Part shown: positions 52,989 to 60,671 of the stretch, in pieces
How positions within the stretch are numbered: position 1 is the first letter of the stretch
Layout: each line of letters opens with the position of its first letter
Assembly (NCBI GenBank): GCA_030390025.1
Contig: CM059433.1
Span: 30,258,001 to 30,322,000, forward strand
DNA from: Squalus acanthias
Lineage: Eukaryota
DNA length: 64,000 nucleotides
Reading direction: 5' to 3'
Program-made: the position numbers and the translations under genes
Notes under the pieces: generated by a model
What the model was told of the DNA's origin: nothing
Database searches by the model: none
The model's input: the letters and a program-made list of their open reading frames with translations, nothing else

Positions 52989-54115
52989 TCTAAAGGACAA
53001 TTAAACAAATCACACCGAGTGCCTATTATTTATGCATTTCTTGTTCACTTCTTTGTGTATGACATTCAAAAATCCAGTAGGTGGCAATCACAATCCTTCG
53101 CAAAGCATTGCTCCCGGCTGAAAAACAAATCTTAAATCAATGTTTTCCTTCAGTTCACTCTCGGAGTACACAACGCTTCATACACAACACAGATATAGCA
53201 GGCAGCCTCGGCCAGTATTGCTCCGATATATTCTTCAGTAGACAAAGGTTAATAGTGGACTAAACTCAAAAGAAAGATGCAAACAAAGCATGTCAAAGGT
53301 TGTTAGGGATACAAGGCAGATGCCCACTCGCACTGCCCATATTTAACAGAAGAAGGGATTGGAGGAAAGACAGCTCTGTTAGAAATGTGCAATCTCTCCA
53401 GCACTTGCGGAACGAAGCCTCGCCAACTTAATCTGAGCATCCTAGATCAATTGATAGGCTGGCCAAAAATAAAATTGGGGGTCATGGTGGTGGTGGGAAT
53501 GGTCTGGAGGCCGTGTGGACCACTTACAAAGGGCTCTGCAATGAAGGACTGAGCCAAGAGACACTTCACAGGGTGAACTTTACGAGGTCTTGCTTTCGGT
53601 GCACGACGGGCGAACATACTCTTAGTCCTGAGGGGTTCCGTGTTGGGACCACATCATTTTCATCTGTGGCCTGGAGGAGGCTTAAATGCAGCTGTTCTTA
53701 AATCAGTGGGTGATACAAATATTGTGTGTGGGGGTTAGGAATTCAGACCAGATCAAAAGGTTGCAGGCTGATTCAGGGGAATGGGCCCTTGTATTGCAGT
53801 TGTCATTTAATGTAATAGTCACTTGTTAAATGTACACTTACTTTTTCATGCAAGGCACTCAGTTGAATCAAACCATAATAGTTCAAAAGCCTTCTCAGGG
53901 CAACTAGGGATGGGCAATAAATGCTGGCCTTGCCAGTGACACCCACGTCACGAGAATGAATAATAAAAAATGAATTCAAATCATTTAGTCAGATTTACTG
54001 ATCCACAAATCTAGACAATGTACAAGTTCTGTTAACAGATTCTGTAACAAGTATTGTTGGAAAATGACCTCTTGTGGTCTAAAGAAGGACAGCATATCAA
54101 GATATCTCAGGACAC

Positions 54116-55400
54116 AATAGCAAAATACTGCGGATGCTGGAAATCTGAAACAACAACAGAAAATGCTAGAAATACTCAGCAGGTCAGGCAGCATCCATGG
54201 AGAGAGAAACAGAGTCAACGTTTCAGGTCGATGACCCTTCGTCAGAACTGGAAAAACTTGGAGAAGTAACAGATAGTTAAGCAAATGTGGGGCAGGGAAA
54301 GGCTGGAAGGGGAGGAAAGAACAAAGGGAAGGTCTGTGATAAGCTGGAAGGCAGGAGAGATTGAAAGGCAAAAGGGATGATGGTGCAAGGCAAAAGGAGA
54401 TGGCAATGGGACAAGTTAAGAAACAAAAGATGACTCTAGATGAGGTGTAAATGACAATGGCAGAATCATCAACAGCTGCCATGTGAGAGAGAAAAGAAAA
54501 CATTGGGGCCAAGGTTATAGTCTGAAATTGTTGAACTCGATGTTGAGTCCAGAAGGCTGTAAAGTTGCCTAATCGAAAGATGAGGTGCTGTTCCTTGAAC
54601 TTACATTGAGCTTCATTGGAACAGTGTAAGAGGCCGAGGACGGAGAGGTCAGAGTGGGAGTGGGGCGGAGAATTAAAGTGACAGGCGACCGGAAGCTCGG
54701 GGGTCACGCTTACGGACTGAACGGAGGTGTTCTGCAAAGCGGTCACCCAATCTGCGTTTGGTCTCCCCAATGTAGAGGAGACCGCATCATGAGCAGCGAA
54801 TACAGTATACTAAATTGTAAGAAGTACAAGTAAATCACTGTTTCACCTGGAAGGAGTGTTTGGGACCCTGGACAGTGGGAAGGGAGGAGGTGAAAGGGCA
54901 GGTGTTGCATCTCCTGTGCTTGCATGGGAAGGTGCCGTGGGAAGGGGAGGGGCTGTTGGGGATGATAGAGGAGTGGATCAGGGCATTGCGGAGGGAGCGG
55001 TCCCTTCAGAATGCTGAAAGAGGAGGGGGGGGAAGATGTGTTTGGTGGTGGGATGATGCTGGAGGTGGCGGAAATGGCGGAGGATGATCCGTTGAATGTG
55101 GAGGCTGGTGGGGTGAAAGGTGAGGACAAGGGGAACCCTATCGTGGTTCTGGGAGGGAGGGAAAGGGGTGAGAGCAGAAGTGCGGGAAATGGAACGGACA
55201 CGGTCGAGGGCCGTGTCAACCATGGTAGAGGGGAATCCTCAGTTGAGGAAAAAGGAAGACATATCGGAGGCACTAGTATGGAAGGTGGCATCATCAGAAC
55301 AGATGCGGTGGAGAAGGAAAAACTGGGAGAATGGAATAGAGTCCTTACAGGGAGCGGGGTGGGAGGAAGTGTAGTCCAGGTAGATGTGGGAGTCAGTGGG
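54116..55400 (-). mobile_element. Penelope-like retroelement, 5'-truncated (RT C-terminus, GIY-YIG endonuclease, terminal region)
   Basis: Frameshifted translations HDRVPLVLTFHPTSLHIQRIILRHF, YIGETKRRL-like, PELPVACHFNS and EQHLIFRLG; hammerhead motif in the terminal region. Confidence 0.85.
54213..54249 (-). ncRNA. Minimal hammerhead ribozyme motif (Penelope-associated)
   Basis: agtt-CTGACGA-a-gggtc(atc)gacct-GAAA-cgtt-gact: catalytic core, helices I and II, palindromic AACGTT. Confidence 0.75.
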
Positions 55401-55417
55401 CTTATAGAGCCTCAATT

Positions 55418-55756
55418 CAGTCCGTAAGCGTGACCCCTAGCTTCCGGTCGCCTGTCACTTTAATTCTCCGCTCCACTCCCACTCAGACCTCTCCGTCCTC
55501 GACCTCTTACACTGTTCCAACGAAGCTCAACGTAAGCTCGAGAAACAGCTCCTCATCTTTCGATGAGGCACTTTACAGCCTTCTGGACTCAACATCGAGT
55601 TCAACAATTTCAGACTATAACCTTGGCGCCCATGTTTTCTTTTCTCTCTCACATGGCAGCTGTTGATGATTCTGCCATTGTCATTTACACCTCATCTAGA
55701 GTCATCTTTTGTTTCTTAACTTGTCCCATTACCATCTCCTTTTGCCTTGCACCATC
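55418..55756 (+). mobile_element. Inverted partial copy of the Penelope 3' region, interrupted by the LTR element
   Basis: Near-identical reverse complement of about 54379-54720; ends abruptly at GCACCATC|TGTAG. Confidence 0.85.
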
Positions 55757-57433
55757 TGTAGAATTCGCAATATATCGCGATTTTATTAATAAGGAGAAAA
55801 CACAGAGTTTCGTTCAAACAGCTTTTATTTCAGCAGAATGCTGACAGGTTTAAAGTGGACACAAGCAGCCTGTAAAATGGCCGCCGCACCTCGTGACAGA
55901 ACATTCTAGACTTTTCAACAGGCAGACAAGATGGCGTTCCAATAAACATTTGTGCAAGATCGATTAAGATTCAGCACAGTGAAGATAATACACGAGACAT
56001 TATGGGTTTGCAGTATACACATAGATACTGAAATCGGTCTCCCAGGTACAAAGGAAAGCCATTGTACCGAGTAATCAAGGGCCCATCCAAAAGACATTAA
56101 TATGTAAAATCCCAACGACTCTACGATGAGAGAGCCGTTAGCAGGTAGTTATACAGGACACTTGGAAGCCCCAAACCCCTCCAGGGAGAACACCGACCGA
56201 TTTAACAATGGGAGAAATATTAACAGGTACTCAGACATTTACGAGTAGCCCCGAAACCCATTAAGAACGGAGATCACCCATACAAGACATTTGAGCGCCA
56301 GACCCTAAACAAAAGAATGGACATTATAGTTGGGCGGGAAACGGAAGATTTTGCACTATAATTGCAGGCTCCAAACCGTCCATTCTCTCTCTTGCTTCTC
56401 TTGCTGCTCTTATCATCGTGGCTGCTCCTGTGCTCTTATCCGGTCGATTCGTAACCTCGTGGCTGCTCCTGTGTACTCGTAGTTGGGCTCGCTCCTGCTT
56501 GCCTGTTGCCTCTTCTGAAAAGACTGTTGGACTTTCTGATCCGTTCGGATCTACCTCGTGTCGCGCAACGAAGACCTATATTGGTAACCGGTATCGGAAC
56601 CAAAAGGCCCGAGAAGAGATGAGATGAGATGAGATGAGAAGAGAGGAAGACCATATCCATCGCCACGGTCAGTAAATCCCGACCGCGCCTGTAGGTCGAT
56701 TAGCCAAGTTTTCCTCGCCAGGAAGACTTCTTCGAACTTATAACGAAACATATTGCATCGATGATAACCGGACTGTGCCCAAAGTAACTGGAATGTGAAA
56801 GCCACCAATACAGATCTTCATCACAGCAGACGTTCCAGCCTGCTAACCGGAGCAGCAGAAGCAAGTAAACAAGTGGGACCAGGAGATCTCCTGACCGACA
56901 CGTGGGTGCTGCGGTGAAAAACATCCGATCAGCTATTCGGAATTTCTCCGAGTTATCACGAGTGGTGAGCATGAGTCTCGAAATCCTACGAATCTAGTTT
57001 AGGATAGATATTGATAGGGGAGGGTTTAAGGATTAAGGATATTTGTAATGTGTGCCCCTATTTATTTTGTGCCGTTCGTTCCTCGTTTCCCTAAGATCGA
57101 TTATATAACTGTTTGTAAGATTGTACTGTCATTAATCTGTGCTTATGACATGTATTTCATAATCTTAAGTATCATGCAATAAAGATTTTCCATTTCGTAC
57201 CATTCAAACCAAGTCTACATGAGTTTCATCTCCATTACTGCTCTCGCATCTAAGTCCAGTGTCTAGAACCGTAAGGGAGAGTGATTCGAACCACTCACAG
57301 GTGTGTCTAGTGTTCCCAGACTGGCTGGAGACCAGAACAGGCAACAAGGCCTAGACCCGCACTGACATACAGGCTGCACAGAGCCGCGTGAATCTCACAG
57401 GCTGCGAGACACGCAGGGTCAGAATCCCTTACA
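55757..57433 (+). repeat. 5' LTR (about 1677 bp)
   Basis: TGTA...TACA termini, followed 5 nt later by the PBS; GC box at 56332-56338, TATAAT at 56357, AATAAA at 57178-57183. The 3' boundary is inferred from the PBS because the 3' LTR is incomplete. Confidence 0.85.
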
Positions 57434-57437
57434 GAAA

Positions 57438-59249
57438 ATGGCGACCGCGGCAGGACACTGGCAGCGAGAGGGTAGTGTGTTAGATTTTGGAATGACTGTA
57501 CGAAATGTTATGCAGGAAAAGATAGCGGATTATGTGTTTGGGAAGGTTAATCTAACTAAGAAATGGATAAGTGAATTGTTAGCGGATAAGAGTCCACTAG
57601 AGGCAGCTGAAAGGTGGACAGATAGTAAAGAACATAGAAAGACACTTGAGAAAGCAGTCTGGCTTATGTGTTACAAAAGGCAGGTTCAGATTTCAAACCA
57701 GACCATTACAGCGCTAGTAGCTCGAATCAGTCATTTAGAGGGAGAAATGGAGGAGAAGGTTTCTGGAGGGGAGGTGCTCATTAAGAATTTAAATGAGTTA
57801 CACCAAGAAAGCCAGGAAGTCTCCAGTCACCTTAAAACAAGGATAGATTATCTCGAGTGCCAGGTCACTGAGGCAAAATTGAATGAGAGCAGGTTAAAGG
57901 AAAGATGTAACCGCCAAGCTGCCCAGATAAGAACTCAAGAAGAGAGCTTGACGGGGGTTAGGGCGGCATATAAGTTGGCCCTTGAGGATAAGTTTCAGGG
58001 AGCCGATCATAGCGCCTGCCAAAGGGAGATAGAGCACCTCAAAAAGGCCGTGAACAATGCGAACGGCATGGTGTGCCTTATCAATCCGTCGGCTCACCAG
58101 CCGCTAGTAAATGAGAGATTTAGAAAATCCCCACCAAGTAAAGCAGAAGAAGTAGTAGCCACTGCGCCCTCCGCGCCACCCAGCTATTCAGAAACCTGGG
58201 TTAGGGAGGAAGCAATGGAAGAAACAAAAGAGCCCATTGAAAAAGAAGTAGGAAAGGGATCGTTATATCCAGTAACGGGTATTAAAAGGGGCCCAAGCAG
58301 AAACGGTGGGGAAGAACCGGGGGATCTCCTCGGACAGTTGGTGTTGCCTCACAGTTCACATCAGCTGAGAGCTATGATAAATCACGTACGGAAGCTGACC
58401 GAGGCAGACGACCCTTCCGTACATTTCAGAGAAGTTGAGCAAGCCGCAGCCATTAACGGCTGCGATGATGGGGAAACAGCAAAAATGCTGCTGTTCTCAT
58501 TAGACAGCTCGGTCCTTCAGTGTCTCTCAGGCGAGAGCAAGAGGGGAACCAAGAGTTATGAGGAATTAAAGAATGAGGTCCTAGAAGTGTTGGGGGCGAA
58601 CGACGAAGGTCCGTTTGCTAGAGTGGGACAGACAGTGCAGATGGAGGGAGAACCCCCGAAGGTTTTTGCCGACAGGCTGTGGCCAGTATATGAGCGCAGC
58701 TGCCTAGGTGCGCCCGAGCGCGAAGATGTGGAAGGCACCGCTTTAACTCATTGGCTTAGGTGCATAATAGCCAACAGTTTACCAGCCGTCAGAGAGCAGG
58801 CAAAAGCATGGTTTGATCCCAATGACCCCAACATTACGGAAGAGTCGGTCTTGAATCGACTCACGTTAGGTTATCGCAATATAAGGGGTATGGCAACACG
58901 TCCCCTTAAGGGAAGAATACATGAGGTACGACCCGCAGCCCCGTATCAAAGAGAGTGGCATCAGGAGGGTAATCGCGCCCCACAGGCAAGTAATGCTTGT
59001 TACGGGTGTGGGAAGACAGGGCACTGGCGCAAGCATTGCAGGAACCCTTGGAAGGATTCCAAGGATAAAAATCCCGCGGTCCGAGCCCAGGCGCCTGTCC
59101 CGGCTAGGGAAGCTAGTGCACCCACCCCTCCGGACGACCTCGAAGCAGTGTTAGGAGCCATGCGCAAGCTGGTCTTGAATGCACGTGGACAGGTGGCGGT
59201 CGCAACCGGCCCCGTAGGTGCCGCAGGACCGTCTAATAGTACCCAATGA
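57438..59249 (+). CDS. gag: Gag-like polyprotein (603 aa; alternative start ATG at 57492)
   Basis: N-terminal coiled coil, PSAPPSY late-domain motif (58167-58187), MHR-like QMEGEPPKVFADRL, one zinc knuckle CYGCGKTGHWRKHC (58998-59039); uninterrupted ORF. Confidence 0.92.
   Translation: MATAAGHWQREGSVLDFGMTVRNVMQEKIADYVFGKVNLTKKWISELLADKSPLEAAERWTDSKEHRKTLEKAVWLMCYKRQVQISNQTITALVARISHLEGEMEEKVSGGEVLIKNLNELHQESQEVSSHLKTRIDYLECQVTEAKLNESRLKERCNRQAAQIRTQEESLTGVRAAYKLALEDKFQGADHSACQREIEHLKKAVNNANGMVCLINPSAHQPLVNERFRKSPPSKAEEVVATAPSAPPSYSETWVREEAMEETKEPIEKEVGKGSLYPVTGIKRGPSRNGGEEPGDLLGQLVLPHSSHQLRAMINHVRKLTEADDPSVHFREVEQAAAINGCDDGETAKMLLFSLDSSVLQCLSGESKRGTKSYEELKNEVLEVLGANDEGPFARVGQTVQMEGEPPKVFADRLWPVYERSCLGAPEREDVEGTALTHWLRCIIANSLPAVREQAKAWFDPNDPNITEESVLNRLTLGYRNIRGMATRPLKGRIHEVRPAAPYQREWHQEGNRAPQASNACYGCGKTGHWRKHCRNPWKDSKDKNPAVRAQAPVPAREASAPTPPDDLEAVLGAMRKLVLNARGQVAVATGPVGAAGPSNSTQ
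57439..57456 (+). promoter_or_regulatory. Primer binding site, tRNA-Arg(TCG)
   Basis: TGGCGACCGCGGCAGGAC is the reverse complement of GTCCTGCCGCGGTCG-CCA, the 3' end of vertebrate tRNA-Arg-TCG as I recall it. Confidence 0.85.
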
Positions 59250-60359
59250 CTAGAGCCCACGCAGCCTGCCTACCTGTGTCCTTTTAAAAGACACGCACAG
59301 GAGGGGGTCTGCGGTGAGGAGGCCAGGTTAAAAGAGCAGGCCTTGCGGGAGGAGAACGCCCGCTTAATAGGGAAAATAGATGGGCTGGAAGGGCAGCTTA
59401 GAGAGCAGGCCCTGCGGGAGGAGAACGCCCGATCAATGGGAAAGTTAGACGTGCTCAGGCTAGAAGGGCAGCTTAGAGAGATAAAAGCAGCCTACAGGGT
59501 AGCCAAAAGCCGGGAGTATGAGGATGTAAACCAGTGCAAACTGTACAAGCCAGGTGCGCAAGGGAAAACCACAGGGGTAAATCCCGCCAACGGGAAAGCA
59601 CAGCCCCAGGTAGGACCACAAGGCACACAGGCAGGCATAGCAGCTTGCATCAGGGGAAGGGACATCCCGGACGATCATGCAGCGTTTTTCTGGAATTGGG
59701 GGTTAGATGAGGAAGAATTCAGGGCACCCTGGTCAGATGAGGATAGTGCAGATGAGAATAGTGATGATGACGGGTGGTTTCTGAGGAACGGTCTGGAGGG
59801 AATGGGGGCTGTAGGTAGAGATCAACACAGGGTGGACACCCAAGCTGCAGGTCCCGAAGACAGGAGGGAGGAGCTAGAGGAGGCAGGGCCAGCCGCTATG
59901 GGAGCACAGAGAGTACCGGTGTGGCTCCCAGAGATGTGGCCGCCCGCTTTGAACGTCCAGTCCTCAGGGGAGGCAGAGATCACGAGTGAAGGGCCGCCTG
60001 CTGGGCCGAGCAGGGCGGAGCCACGAACTGCCAGCCCCGAGGTTAGGGAGGCGGAGTCAGCGGAGGCGGAGCCAGCGACTGTGATGGAACCCCAGGTCAT
60101 CCCGATGGAAGTCTCGGAACCCGGTCCGTCCGTCACGGAACCCCCGCCCATAGCAACTCCCCGTAGGTCAAATAGAGAACCCCAGCCCAGGAGGATGTGG
60201 TCATGTCCCCAGACTGCCCCAAGGCGTAGAGTTAAGGTTAAGATAACCCAGATACAGGCCGGCCACATCGCAGCAGTAACAGGCTGCGGCAGATCAGAGG
60301 GAAGGGTCAGTGCCCTCCCACCGTCGGGAAGAGCTCGCAGCAGCCTTCTCAGAATTTAA
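59250..60359 (+). CDS. ORF2: in-frame extension after the gag UGA; coiled-coil, acidic and Pro/Glu-rich protein of unknown function in the position of pol
   Basis: Same frame as gag and open from the codon after TGA (59247-59249) to TAA at 60357-60359; TGA-CTAG context; no DTG/DSG, YxDD, HHCC or DDE motifs. Confidence 0.7.
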   Translation, partial: LEPTQPAYLCPFKRHAQEGVCGEEARLKEQALREENARLIGKIDGLEGQLREQALREENARSMGKLDVLRLEGQLREIKAAYRVAKSREYEDVNQCKLYKPGAQGKTTGVNPANGKAQPQVGPQGTQAGIAACIRGRDIPDDHAAFFWNWGLDEEEFRAPWSDEDSADENSDDDGWFLRNGLEGMGAVGRDQHRVDTQAAGPEDRREELEEAGPAAMGAQRVPVWLPEMWPPALNVQSSGEAEITSEGPPAGPSRAEPRTASPEVREAESAEAEPATVMEPQVIPMEVSEPGPSVTEPPPIATPRRSNREPQPRRMWSCPQTAPRRRVKVKITQIQAGHIAAVTGCGRSEGRVSALPPSGRARSSLLRI

Positions 60360-60671
60360 AGGGGCCGCCCTGAGAACGGGCGGCACTGTAAAGTTATAGT
60401 TCTAAGTTTTAAGTTTATAGTTCAAGGTTAAGTTTTAAGTTAATAATTCAAGGTTAAGTTTATAGTTTTTAATAAGGTTAAGTTTGTAGTGTTTTTAACA
60501 GAAAACGATAAAATGATGGGAGTTTTAAAGATAGGTTTAGTGAAAGTTTATTCAGCGAACGTTGAAGTTTACGTGAGGCGAGGTCAGGGGACCCGCTCAC
60601 CCTTCACAAAAGCCAGAGACTCTTGCGAGGCTGGCTACCTCATTCTATCTGATCACAGGAACCAAGGAAGG

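Noticed and set aside
44753..55756. Search for the next upstream EYS exon
   Set aside because: No LamG/EGF-coding segment with splice sites found; it is presumably beyond the window.
55915..56972. Short ORFs within the LTR as possible accessory genes
   Set aside because: All 90 aa or shorter, with no recognisable motif; unsupported without expression data.
60489..60671. N-terminal 61 aa of the 844-aa env ORF call
   Set aside because: Starts at a GTG in an AT-rich repetitive spacer; the signal peptide begins at ATG 60672, just after a candidate splice acceptor.
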